Made by a program: the position numbers and the translations under genes. Below the pieces are notes generated by a model. The model saw nothing but the letters and a program-made list of their open reading frames with translations. It was not told the DNA's origin and did no database searches. From positions 625,102 to 657,101 of the forward strand of contig NZ_CP006932.1 in assembly GCF_000582535.1 (NCBI RefSeq): DNA of 32,000 nt, in the 5' to 3' direction. Of the stretch, positions 20,951 to 32,000 are shown piece by piece (position 1 is the first letter of the stretch; each line of letters begins with the position of its first letter). The DNA is from Candidatus Saccharimonadota bacterium. Its GTDB lineage: Bacteria > Bacillota_I > Bacilli_A > Mycoplasmatales > Hepatoplasmataceae.

Positions 20951-21024
20951 AGTCGCACATGACACTTCCCGATGTGGCTGCTTTGTTTCCAACCTGACCA
21001 AATTACAGGGTTATCATTGCGACT
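20951..21024 (-). ncRNA. ffs: Small (4.5S-type) signal recognition particle RNA, about 74 nt
   Basis: The minus-strand RNA is AGUCGCAAUGAUAACCCUGUAAUUUGGUCAGGUUGGAAACAAAGCAGCCACAUCGGGAAGUGUCAUGUGCGACU. The 5' AGUCGCA/AUGA pairs with the 3' UCAU/UGCGACU. It has the conserved domain IV GGUCAGGU...GGAA...AGCAGCC, is the most GC-rich patch in the window, and sits directly upstream of dnaX as in Bacillus. Confidence 0.85.
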
Positions 21025-21046
21025 ATAAAATTATAACATTTATTAT

Positions 21047-22288
21047 TTAAAATTTATTAAATGGAAGGTATTTTTGTAACACTTTTGGAATAAGGATTGA
21101 TTGATCTTTTTGATAGTAATTTTCAACAATTGCTGCAAATAGGCGATCAATTGCAAGTGCGGAACCATTATAAGTATAAAGGTACTCTTTTTCTTTAGTT
21201 TTATCATCAATAAATCTAGCATTCATTCTTCTAGCTTGAAAATCTCCGATTATTGAAAGCGAAGAAATTTCACGATATCTTTTTTGTCCAGGAAATCAAA
21301 TTTCAAAATCTATTGTTTTTTTAGAAGCAAAAGATAAATCACCTGTACAAAGATTTACTAAACGATAAGAAATATCAAATTGATCTAATAATTCTTTTAT
21401 TAGATCAATCATTTCTTTGAAATCATTTTCAAGATCTACTTTTTTTCCAATTTTAACAATTTCAACTTTACGAAATTGATGTAAACGAATAATTCCTTTT
21501 GTATCTTTTCCAGCAGAAGCAACTTCTTTACGAAAACAATTAGTAAATGAACAATATTTTAAAGGTAATTGTTTTTGATCAACAATTTTATTTGCTACTA
21601 AATTTGTAAGAGGAACTTCTGCAGTTGGAATTAAAAATTGCTTATTTTTAAGCTCAAATAAATCATCTTTAAATTTTGGTAATTGAGCTGTATTATAAAG
21701 AACTTTCTCATTTACAATTAAAGGAGAATCAATCATTTTATAAGATTTTTGTATACTAAAATCAAGCATAAGTCTCTCAAGTGCAAAAATAACTTGTGCT
21801 GCTTTATCTTGATAAATAACATGTCTTCTTCCAGAAATAAAAATTGCTTCTTCTTCCAAAATAAGTTTTTTTTGCTTTAAAATATCTAAATGAAATATTT
21901 CATTTGTTTTATGATTTTTAACTTTCTTTTCTAAGATAATTTTATTATCTTTTTCATTTTTTCCAATAGGAATATCATCAAAAGGAATATTTGGAAAAGA
22001 ACTTACAATATTTATTACTTTTTCAAATAAATTTCTTTTGTTTTCACTATTTTTTTTAATTTTGCTTGAAAGTTTTTTTGCTTCTAATTTTAAATTAGGA
22101 TTTTTAGGAATCTTTTTTGATAAATCATTTAATTTATTTCGATCATTTTCATCAATTATTAATGTTTTTTTATAATCATCATAATAAAATAAAAAATTGG
22201 TAAACTCTTTTGCTAAAAAATAGCCTTTTCGCTCGAACATTTTTAAATAAAAATCTTTATTATTTGCTAATTCTTTTAAATTAAACAT
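21047..22288 (-). CDS. serS: Seryl-tRNA synthetase (413 aa)
   Basis: Track ORF 21296-22288 continues through TGA to TAA at 21047. Class II motifs are present (FRKEVASAGKDTKGIIRLHQF, YREISSLS, NGSALAIDRL). Confidence 0.95.
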
Positions 22289-22300
22289 ATTTAATCTTTT

Positions 22301-24796
22301 TTAATTTTGAACCTTTACTGCTTTATTTTCTTCTAAAATATTATCTTCAATATCTCTTACAATTGTAATTCCTGTAATTTTATTTTCCTCTCTTAATTTT
22401 ATTGTAGTTACTCCTTTAGTATTTCTTCCAGATTGTGAAATATTAGAAACATTGGTACGAATTATTGTTCCATCATCTTTAATAATCATTAAATCTTCAT
22501 TTCCAAGTACTGTTTTTAAACCAATTAAACGTCCAGCTTTTTCAATATTTAAAGTTTTTACACCTTTTGCTGCTCTTTTTGTTAATCTGTATTCATTTAA
22601 ATTTGTTAATTTTGAAAATCCTCGTTCAGAAATTGAAAGAATAAGATTTCCATTATTTGATGTTGCAAAACCAACAACATTACCACCAGAAGAATCAATT
22701 CCTTTTACTCCTTGTGTTACTCTTCCCATTGTTCGAATTTGATTAGATTTAAATCTTACAGCTTTTCCTGCTTGATTTCCAATTATAATATCAATAATTT
22801 CATTTTTAGGAATTTTAGTAACTCCGATTAAACGATCTTTTTCAGTTAATTTTAAAGCTTTTTTTCCGTTTATATTTATTCTTGTAAATTCATCTGCTGA
22901 TGTTTTTTTAATTAATCCATTTTTTGTAAAGAAAATAAAATCATATTTTTGATAATCTTTTATTGCAACAATATCTTCTACTCTTTCTCCATTATGATCA
23001 TCGATATTTTTAATAATATTGACAATTGGAATTCCTTTTGCATTTTTGCTATATTTTCTTACTTCGTAACCTTTTAAACGATATACTTTACCAAAAGAAG
23101 TAAAAAATAATAAATCTAAATGAGTATTTGCAAAAATAATTGTAGAAATAAAATCATTATCACTTGTTTTTGCTCCTCTAGAACCTATTCCTCCTCTTTT
23201 TTGTAAATTATATTCATCTACTTCTAATCTTTTAATATAACCTTTATTAGAAAGAGTAATAATAATATCTTTCTGCTCAATCAAATTTTCATCTGTAATT
23301 GTTGTATAATCTTCCAGTGAAATTTTTGTTAATCTTTTATCACCATATTTTTCTTTAATCTCATTAAATAATTTAATTAATTCTTGTTTTTGTCTATCTT
23401 TAGAAGAAATTATTTCTTCTAAATTTTTTATTTCTAAATTAATTCTTGTAAACTCTTGATTTAAATTAGAAATTTCAAGTCCCGTTAATCTTTGCAAACG
23501 CATCTCCAAAATTGCTTTTGCTTGATTATTATTTATTTTTAATAAATTTATTAAATTATTTATTGCAATATCAGTTGTTTTTGAAGCTTTAATTTTTTTA
23601 ATTACATTATCAATATTACTTAAAGCTTTTTTTAATGCTTCTAAAATTTCTAAACGATCTAATGCTTTTTTTAATAAAAATTTAGCTTTTTTTAATAAGA
23701 CTTCTAATTGATGATCAATATAAATTTCCAATAATTCTTTTAGATTAAATAGTTTTGGTCTACTATTTTTTAAGGCTAAAAGATTAACAGCAAAAGAAGA
23801 TTGTAGTTGAGTTAATTTATAAAGTTTATTTACTTCAACTTTTACATCAGCATATTTTTTAAATTTAATAACAATCCTTATTCCTTCGCGATTTGATTCA
23901 TCTCTTAAATCACTAATTGAACTAATTTGACCATTTTTAACAAGTTCCGCAATTCTTTCAATAAGTAATGATTTATTAATCATATAAGGAATTTCTGTAA
24001 CTATTGCTTCATCTTTTGCTTCATTTATTTCAACTTTTGATCTAATTACAATTCTTCCTCTTCCAGTTTGATAAACATTTAATAAATCATTTTTATTTAC
24101 GATTATTCCCCCAGTTGGAAAATCAGGACCACTTATTATATCAAGTAAATTATGAATTTCAATTTCTTTATCATTTAATAATAAAATTGCTCCATTTAAA
24201 ATTTCATTAATATTATGAGGAGGAATTGATGTTGCCATCCCAACAGCAATTCCTGTTGATCCATTTAATAATAAATTAGGAATTTTACTAGGTAATACAG
24301 TTGGTTCTGTTTCTGATCCATCATAATTTTCTTGAAAATCAACTGTTTGTTTATTAATATCTTCAAGCATTAAATTTGAAATCTTAGCAAGTTTAGCTTC
24401 TGTATATCGCATTGCTGCTGCTGAATCACCATCAATAGAACCAAAATTACCCTGTCCTTTTACTAAAGGATAACGAAGTGAAAATGTTTGTGCCATTCTA
24501 ACAAGTGAATCATACACAGCAGAATCTCCATGAGGATGATATTTAGCAATAACTTCTCCTACAGCACGTGCTGATTTCTTAAATGACTTACTATAATTCA
24601 TATCAAGACCATACATTGCATAGAGAATTCGACGATGAACTGGTTTTAAACCATCGCGAGCATCAGGAATTGCACGAGATACAATTACAGACATCGCATA
24701 ATCAATAAAAGAAGATTCCATTTCTTTTACAATTGATATTTCTTTTATATCTTCTTGATAATTTTTTTCTAAATTATTTTCATTTTCCATAATCAT
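22301..24796 (-). CDS. gyrA: DNA gyrase subunit A (about 830 aa)
   Basis: Motifs: [17 protein letters not shown] (catalytic Tyr) and a C-terminal beta-pinwheel repeat region. The ATG at 24790 (MENENN) has better spacing to AAGGA than the ATG at 24796. Confidence 0.97.
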   Translation of the reverse strand: MIMENENNLEKNYQEDIKEISIVKEMESSFIDYAMSVIVSRAIPDARDGLKPVHRRILYAMYGLDMNYSKSFKKSARAVGEVIAKYHPHGDSAVYDSLVRMAQTFSLRYPLVKGQGNFGSIDGDSAAAMRYTEAKLAKISNLMLEDINKQTVDFQENYDGSETEPTVLPSKIPNLLLNGSTGIAVGMATSIPPHNINEILNGAILLLNDKEIEIHNLLDIISGPDFPTGGIIVNKNDLLNVYQTGRGRIVIRSKVEINEAKDEAIVTEIPYMINKSLLIERIAELVKNGQISSISDLRDESNREGIRIVIKFKKYADVKVEVNKLYKLTQLQSSFAVNLLALKNSRPKLFNLKELLEIYIDHQLEVLLKKAKFLLKKALDRLEILEALKKALSNIDNVIKKIKASKTTDIAINNLINLLKINNNQAKAILEMRLQRLTGLEISNLNQEFTRINLEIKNLEEIISSKDRQKQELIKLFNEIKEKYGDKRLTKISLEDYTTITDENLIEQKDIIITLSNKGYIKRLEVDEYNLQKRGGIGSRGAKTSDNDFISTIIFANTHLDLLFFTSFGKVYRLKGYEVRKYSKNAKGIPIVNIIKNIDDHNGERVEDIVAIKDYQKYDFIFFTKNGLIKKTSADEFTRININGKKALKLTEKDRLIGVTKIPKNEIIDIIIGNQAGKAVRFKSNQIRTMGRVTQGVKGIDSSGGNVVGFATSNNGNLILSISERGFSKLTNLNEYRLTKRAAKGVKTLNIEKAGRLIGLKTVLGNEDLMIIKDDGTIIRTNVSNISQSGRNTKGVTTIKLREENKITGITIVRDIEDNILEENKAVKVQN

Positions 24797-24805
24797 ATCC
24801 TTAAT

Positions 24806-26749
24806 TTAATAATCAAGTTTTGCATATAAAGCATTTTTTTCAATAAATTTCTTTCTTGGTAATACAATATCACCCATAAGTTCAGAAAAAACACGATCTG
24901 CATCTTGGGCATCTTCAATAGTAACAAGCAGTAATTTACGATTAGAAGGATCCATTGTTGTTTCTCATAATTGTAAATCATTCATTTCTCCTAATCCTTT
25001 ATATCTTTGAATAGAAATTTTGCTATTTTTTTCTAATTTTTCTAAAAATTTTTCTTTTTCTTGATCAGTATAAATATATTTTGAAGATTTTCCTTTTGTT
25101 ATTTTATAAAGTGGTGGTTGAGCTATATAAAGATGTCTATGTTCTATTAATTCTTTAAAATATCGAAAGAAAAAAGTAAGAAGTAATGTTCTAATATGAG
25201 ATCCATCAACATCAGCATCTGTCATTATAATAATTTTTCCATATCTAATTTTTTCAATATTAAAATCTTCATTAATTCCTGTACCAATTGCAATAATTAA
25301 AGAATTTATTTCATTATTATTAAATAATTTATCAATTCTTGATTTTTCTGCATTTATTACTTTTCCTCTTAATGGTAAAATCGCCTGAATTTCACGATTT
25401 CTCCCCATTTTAGCACTTCCTCCCGCAGAATCTCCTTCTACAATAAAAAGTTCCGTAATTTGATTATTTTTTGAAGAACAATCCGCTAATTTTCCAGGAA
25501 GTGTACTTGAAAATAAATTATCTTTTCGTCTAGTTAATTCTTTTGCTTTTTGTGCAGCAACTCTTGATTTTGAAGCCTGTTTTATTTTGGCGATAATAAG
25601 TTGAGCTTGTGTAGGATTTTCTAATAAATAATTTTCAAATTGTTCTGAAATAATATTATTTACAATTTTTCTTACTTCAATATTAGCAAATTTACCTTTA
25701 GTTTGCCCTTCATACATTGGATCAGGATGTTTAACAGAAATAACAGCAGTAAGTCCTTCTTTTACATCATCACGAACAAAAATTTCTTGTTCCTTTTTAG
25801 GTAATTGTTCTTTTACATATTTATTAATAATTCTTATAATAGCATCAAAAAAACCTTGAACATGTGTTCCACCTTCAATTGTTGAAATATTATTTACAAA
25901 GGAAAGAATTTTTGGTTGATAAGCTGTTGTATATTGCAATGCAACATCAATTATAATGTCATCTTTTTTTCCACAAGAAGAAACAACTTCTTTTGTAATT
26001 AAATCGTAGCCTTTATTTAAATAACTTACAAAATCTATTAATCCATTTTTAAATTGATATTTAATTTTTTTTGGATCTTGATCTCTATTATCAGTAAATT
26101 CAATTAATAAATTCTTATTTAAATAAGCATTTTCTTTTAATTTTTTATTAATTATTTCAAAGTTAAAACTATCAACACCTTCATTAAAAAGCGAAAAATC
26201 AGGTTTAAATGTAACTTTTGTTCCTTTATGATCAGTTAAACCTAAATCTTTTAATCCACTAGATTTTGTTCCTCCTTCTTTAAATTCAACACTATAAGCA
26301 TGCTTATTTCGAAAAGAAACAACTTCCAAAAAATCTGAAAGAGCATTTACTACTGAAGCCCCTACTCCATGTAATCCTCCAGAAACTTTATAACCAGATT
26401 TTTCTCCACCAAATTTTCCACCTGCATGCAATTTTGTAAACACTGTTTCTAAAGTTGAAATATTTGTTTTAGGATGAACTTCAACAGGAATTCCTCTTCC
26501 ATCATCAGTAATTGTAATTGATTCATCAGGATTTAAAATAACTTCAATTTTAGTTGCATAATTTGCTAAAACTTCATCAATTGAGTTATCAATAATCTCT
26601 CATACTAAATGATGAAGTCCTTTATCATCAATATTTCCAATATACATTCCTGGGCGTTTACGAACTGCTTCAAGTTCTTCTAAAACTTGAATTGAATCTT
26701 GATTATAGTTATTTTCAATTTCCTTTGTTGTTTCATTTTCATTTTTCAT
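24806..26749 (-). CDS. gyrB: DNA gyrase subunit B (647 aa)
   Basis: ATG at 26749 follows an AGGA RBS. The N-terminus has [13 protein letters not shown] and HHLVWEIIDN (W=TGA). Further motifs: [36 protein letters not shown]. The track stop at 24965 is TGA; the true TAA is at 24806. Confidence 0.97.
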
Positions 26750-26756
26750 GTTTTTC

Positions 26757-27776
26757 CTAAATTTCAATAAGTTGAACTTTTTGTTTTAATTTATCTTCTA
26801 ATTTTGCTTTTGGTGATGTAATAAAAGAATTTAAATTTTTATCAATTAATATCTCTAAAAGTAAATTTGAATTTTTTTTATCTAATTCTGAAAATATATC
26901 ATCCAATAGTAAAATAAATTCTAAATCATATTGTTTTCTTAAATATTCAATAAATGAAATAGCAAGTAATAAAATTGCCATTTTCATTTGTCCATCTGAT
27001 GCAACTTTTAGATAAATATCTTTATTATATGTAATAAGATAATCATCTTTTGTAATTGTAATTGGTGGTTTTAAAAGTAAATTTTCTAAAATGTTATCAT
27101 CTTTTGTAATTGCTTTTTTATAAACAACATTTAACTCTTTTTTAAGATATTTTTTTGTGTTCTTTTTATAAAAAGAATTTAAATTAGAAATTTTTTTTGT
27201 TCTAATATTTATTATTTCTGTTTCAAGATCACTAAGCGAATTTACAATCTCTGATTTTAACGATCTATTAATTACAATAGAATTATTATTAATATCTTGT
27301 AAAGAAATTAATAATTTATCAAAATCCATTAATAATTTTTCATAAATCTTATGATCTAATTTTATAAGCATATTAAATAAACTTTGTCTTGTTGTTTTTT
27401 GATATTTAAAATTATTTATTAATTTATTATTTATAAAAATGGGAATTGAAACTATTTTTTTATTTAAACCAACATTTTCTATTCCATTAAGTAATGATTT
27501 CTTTTTAATTGAAGAAAGTTCAATATCAAATTCTTTTCAAAGCTTATTAAAATCAGTTAATTTTAAGTTAATTTTTGCAATATTTTGCTCTTTTCTAATG
27601 AGATCTTGGAATTTTTTAGTACGAAAAGAAGAATTTTCTAAAGCATAAAAAAATGCCTCCAAAATACTTGTTTTTCCGCTGCCATTCTCTCCTAAAAAAA
27701 CATTTATTTTTTTTTTAAAATAAATGTTTTTTTCCTCATGATTGCGAAAATTTTGTAAATTAATTTCTTTAATCAT
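26757..27776 (-). CDS. recF: DNA replication/repair protein RecF (339 aa)
   Basis: Fragments 26757-27371 and 27537-27776 are in frame and joined by TGA. Motifs: N-terminal LQNFRNH...[15 protein letters not shown] Walker A, signature-like ASDGQMKM, Walker [13 protein letters not shown]. Confidence 0.85.
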
Positions 27777-27843
27777 TTGAAATAAATTATACCTTTTTTA
27801 AAGATTTTAAAGTAAGTTATTTATTAAAGAAATAAATAAAAAA

Positions 27844-30800
27844 TTAAGATTCTTTTTTTGCTTTATGTTGAATTATTACATGTTTTATAAGTTCCGTCGT
27901 CATCGTAAACATAGCTGAAAACACTCAATAAAGAGCTAGAAGGACGGGAACAATTAATCCCATAAAAACAAATACACCGATCATTATATTTTGTGTTTTA
28001 TTTTGTTTTTTCATTGCTTTTTTTGTTTGCTCATCTATTCTTTTAATTCCTTTTCGTTTATTTGAAAGCATTCTTGGTAATTTACTTGATAAACCTTGAG
28101 CAAAACCAACAGCAATACCAACAAATAAATAAGCAAAGAATAAACTACCAACACTAAACATTCCCGAAATAGAAGAAATAGAAAATGAAAATTGACCAAC
28201 AGAAATTATTTTATAAACAGGAAGAGCAGAAATAATAATCCAAATAGAAAGAAATATCGGCATCGTAACAAAAATCGTTCCCAAAGAAGCAAATGGATTA
28301 ACATTATTTTTTCGATAAAGTGCCATTACTTCTTGTTGTTTACGTGCTTTCATTTGTTTATTTTTTTTATCATATTGCTGATATTTTGCATTTATCTGAG
28401 CAACTTGTGTTTGTACTTCTTGCATCTTAGATTGGTTTTTATTTGATCCAAAAGACATCGCATATCCTAGTCCTCTTAAAAGAAAGGTAATAATAAATAT
28501 TCCTAAAATAACTCCCCAAACAGCACCAACAGGGAAAACAGATTGAATTATAATTGATAATTGTGCAAGCGGTCAAACAAAAAGACCATACATTGGACCA
28601 TATGCGGGATCTCACGCATCTTTTCAATCTCCTAAATCATCAGTAAATATTTCATGATTAGAATTAAGTCCATTACCTTCGGCTTGATTTAATATTTGGT
28701 AAAGAGAAGCAACAATCCCAAAATTAGCAGTTGTTTCAACTAATGGGTTAATTGAAGCTGTTTCTGATTCTGTTGTAAAAGTTGTACTTATACCTATAAA
28801 AGGTGTATAAAATTGGATATCTCCACTTAAAATACTTTTTTCAGAAAGATCACTAATTTCATTTCCTTCATTATCTATGTATTTAAATTCATAACCAATA
28901 TTAATGTATTGATTATAATCAATTAAATAATTAGCAATTAATTCACCATTTTCTTCTCTAAATAAATCATTAAAACTATTTGCAAAATCATTACTATTTG
29001 CATAATATAAAAATGAATTAGGGTCAAAATTAGTTTCAGCACCAGATTTATTTGAAGCTAATTCTATTAATTGTCAATCACCATTATCATCTTCTTCCAT
29101 AAATGCTCATCCCGAAGCATCAGTACGATTTGCTTGTCCTGCTTTTGTTCCTTCGATTCAATCAGAAGATCTTAAAACATCAACATTTTGATATGTTGTA
29201 TATTCTTCATCATCAGTTGAATCATAATCAAAATTACTTTCGTATGTTGTCTGTCCATTATATGTTTCATTTTCATAATTATATCCAGTGATTAATTGCA
29301 TTGATCTTTGACTAGGATAAAAAACTTCAGAAGGATCTGAAACACTTTTTGAATTAATAACATCATAAGATGTTCCTACAATTAAATTAACAGACTGTAA
29401 ATTTTGTCAAATTCCATTTGTTGAATTTAAAACATAAGGAGAATTTAAGAAATTAAATCCAATTGTATAATCAACTTTTTCTCCATTTGGTGGACCACTA
29501 TCTTCATAAAATAAATAACTAATAATACCATCAACAGTTCTCTCAACATTATCAGGAATAGTAATATCTTCAATTGTTTCATCAACATTACTATAATCTA
29601 AACTATAGTTTATTTCTTGTTCAAAATCATATTGATAATTTTCTGTTAAAATTGAAAAATTATCTGTAATAGAATTAAATTGACCATTATTATTAGTAGA
29701 AACATAATAAGCTAAAATATTTGTATAAAATTTAACTTCACTTTCATAAAGATCATATTTATCTTGATTTATTTCTTCTACAGTTTCATCTTGATCTTCA
29801 ATTATTTGATGTGAATAAGCAATACCATTAACTGGAGCTCAATTTAATGGATTTATTAAATCAGATGAATTAACATTACCTGTTTGCTCATAACTATTAA
29901 TAAATTGATCTTCTGAAGAATTATTTAAATCAGAAAAATCAAATAATGGACCAGTATAGTAGGCAAATCCTCTTTGAATATTTGTATAATAATCATCACC
30001 ATTAACAATTCCATCACCATTACTATCAATTGCATTTAATTCATCATCATAAGAATAAGCTTGAATATAAGAAAGATATTGATCACTATATGTTTGATTG
30101 CTTGTATTTCCTGCTAAATAAGCATAAAATTCTATTCCATCTATTTTTTGATCATCATTCCCATAAGGATTTGTATCAGCATTATAAATATCATAATCTT
30201 CTAAATTAAAATTACTATCATTTAATGCATATTGATAAAATTGACTTTTTACATCACTTGAAAAATAATCAAGATTAAAAGGCATAATTAAATATTGATT
30301 ATTTATTAAATCAACATTTGTTCAATCATAATCTAAAAAGGCAGTAGAATAATAAGTACTAAAAGAAAGATTAGCAACAGAAGATAATAAAGAAATTTGA
30401 TAATCAGCAATATTTTCTCCAGGAGTAGTGAAGAAATTATAATCAATATCATCAGGATCAACATTATCATTATTTATTCCTAATAAATAATTATAGTTAG
30501 GACGATAGACTTCAAAAGGTAATAAAAAATTATCTTCTTCTAAATCATCTGTAAAAGGATTATCACCCTCTGCGACAATTTGATAAGAAAAGGTTGATTT
30601 TTGTCCTTTATACATATTAGGTACAACTGATTGTTTATTACCATAAAATTCAAGTCCCCTTGAAACTTGTTGAGTTGTTGTATGAATAAATTCAGCAGCA
30701 CAACCTCAAAGTGTAACTACTGTTAAAAATGAAAATAAAATTCACTTACTATATTTTCTAATTAATTTAAAAATTTTTGAAAAAGAAAAATCACCAGATT

Positions 30801-30849
30801 CATCTGATTTTTTAACTTCTTCGTAAAATGAGTGATTACCTTTTGCCAT
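27844..30849 (-). CDS. yidC: Membrane protein insertase YidC with a ~680-aa extracytoplasmic N-terminal extension (1001 aa total); probable lipoprotein
   Basis: Fragments 27925-28458, 29839-30285 and 30322-30615 are all in one frame. I checked every codon in 27844-27927, 28459-29838, 30286-30321 and 30616-30849: no TAA/TAG, many TGA. The N-terminus is MAKGNHSFYEEVKKSDESGDFSFSKIFKLIRKYSKWILFSFLTVVTLWGC (TM plus lipobox-like LWGC). The C-terminal ~260 aa form the YidC core (YGPMYGLFVWPLAQL..., KMQEVQ..., ALYRKNNVNPF, basic tail). The true TAA is at 27844. Confidence 0.8.
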
Positions 30850-30865
30850 TTATAAATATTTCAGT

Positions 30866-31186
30866 TTAAATAAATTTATTTAATAAATTTATAATTATCT
30901 GTTCTTTTTTTTCAAAACTTAAATCATAGAAAGGTTTTTTTACAATTATTATAAAATTTTTCTTAATTAAATTTAAATTTTGAAAATTCCCTATAATGTT
31001 TTTAATTTGTCTTTTTTGCTTATTTCGAAAAACTGCATCACCATGTTTTTTGGGGATTGAAATTCCTATTTTTGTTTCATCATTAGGAAGATAAAAAATG
31101 GAAAAATATTCTGAATATCATTTTTTACCTTCTGATAAAACCTTTTGAAATAATTGTTTATTTTTTAATGAATAAATTTTCTTCAT
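30866..31186 (-). CDS. rnpA: Ribonuclease P protein component (106 aa)
   Basis: Not in the track (TGA at codon 23). It reads MKKIYSLKNKQLFQKVLSEGKKWYSEYFSIFYLP...IGISIPKKHGDAVFRNKQKRQIKN (RNR-type motif). It sits between rpmH and yidC. Confidence 0.85.
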
Positions 31187-31200
31187 TAGCTTAAAAATAA

Positions 31201-31335
31201 TTAATTAGTAAGTTTTTTTCGTCCCTTACTTCTTCTTGACTTTACTACTTTCTGACCCTGTTTAGTTGCCTTTCGAGCACGAAATCCATGAGTTTTTGCT
31301 TTTTTACGCTTATTAGGTTGATAAGTTCTTTTCAT
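31201..31335 (-). CDS. rpmH: 50S ribosomal protein L34 (44 aa)
   Basis: Reads [44 protein letters not shown], the classic L34 sequence; too short for the track cutoff. Confidence 0.95.
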   Translation of the reverse strand: MKRTYQPNKRKKAKTHGFRARKATKQGQKVVKSRRSKGRKKLTN

Positions 31336-31793
31336 TTCTACTCCTTATATTATTAATTAATAAATATGTATTATATTATATAATAATTCCTCTTAATATT
31401 ATAAGTTTGAGAAATAATTAGTTATTGAAAATTTAGCAAATATTTTATCTATTTTATATTTAAGATCTTTATTTAAAATAGTTACAAGTTTAATTTATTA
31501 TTTTTAATTTCTTTTATAAGATTTTCAAGTTATAAATCAAATAACAATTAAATTATCAAATAAAGTTTTGTAATAATCCTTTTAAAAAACATTTTTAATA
31601 ATATTTTTTAATAAATTTATTAAAATAATTTAATTTAGAAATTTTTAAAGTAAGTTTATAATCAAATGATTTTAATTTTTCATCTTCAATTAGTAAATTA
31701 ATAATTTTGTCTAAATTTTTTTAAAGATTAATCGATAAATTTCTATATTTAAGTTATATTTAAAATTAATAAATTTCGCAAAATAAGTTAATT

Positions 31794-31965
31794 TGTGGAA
31801 ATTGTTTATAATGTGTGGAAAAATAAAAAATATTAATTATCCTGTGGAAAACTTTTACTTTTTTAAATATTAATATTTAATAATTAAGATATTAAACAAA
31901 TTAAAATGTTTAAAAGTTTTCCACAGGGTTGTGGAAAAATAATTAATATTTATTACTTTTCCACA
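31794..31965. promoter_or_regulatory. Chromosomal origin (oriC) DnaA-box cluster: six 9-mers TGTGGAAA(A/T) / TTTTCCACA
   Basis: Boxes lie at 31794-31802, 31814-31822, 31853-31861 and 31930-31938 (TGTGGAAAx) and at 31917-31925 and 31957-31965 (TTTTCCACA). Five differ by one mismatch from the consensus TTATCCACA; the 31794-31802 box (TGTGGAAAT) differs by two. They follow about 450 bp of gene-free, extremely AT-rich DNA after rpmH. dnaA is expected just beyond the window end. Confidence 0.8.
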
Positions 31966-32000
31966 ATTTAAAAAATGTTTATTATAATTTTTATATACTT

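Noticed and set aside
20951-21024. The GC-richer 74-nt patch as a possible tRNA.
   Set aside because: No cloverleaf, T-loop GTTCRA or D-loop features are present. It folds instead as a single long hairpin with the SRP domain IV motif, so I called it ffs.

Overview
This is a very AT-rich bacterial chromosome segment that only makes sense under translation table 4 (TGA=Trp). Gene content and order (dnaX-recR-tmk-rsmI, lipobox YidC, 74-nt SRP RNA) point to a Mollicutes-type organism; I cannot name the species. The supplied ORF track uses the standard code, so it splits most genes at TGA codons. I re-joined fragments by checking that they share a frame and that no TAA/TAG lies between them. Layout: (i) The right end is the replication origin region, with six TGTGGAAAA/TTTTCCACA DnaA boxes at 31.79-31.97 kb next to rpmH-rnpA-yidC. 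(ii) 12.76-31.34 kb is an unbroken minus-strand run: tatD, mnmE, two tandem small membrane paralogues, a RecB/Cas4-like nuclease, rsmI, a short ORF in the holB position, tmk, recR, dnaX, ffs, serS, gyrA, gyrB, recF and a 1001-aa YidC. (iii) 0-12.75 kb looks accessory. Two secreted 7-bladed RCC1-like propeller paralogues in inverted orientation bracket metG and a four-gene block. That block holds a 1353-aa DUF4011-like SF1 helicase with a C-terminal endonuclease-like domain, tightly coupled (11-nt gap) to an all-pentapeptide-repeat protein. It also holds a membrane-anchored YbjQ-domain protein and a 588-aa ABC/OLD-like ATPase. The helicase-nuclease plus pentapeptide pair, with the neighbouring ATPase, is my best candidate for an undescribed defence-like system. 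No rRNA, tRNA, CRISPR array, transposase or integrase was seen. All homology calls rest on motifs read by eye; no database search was run.
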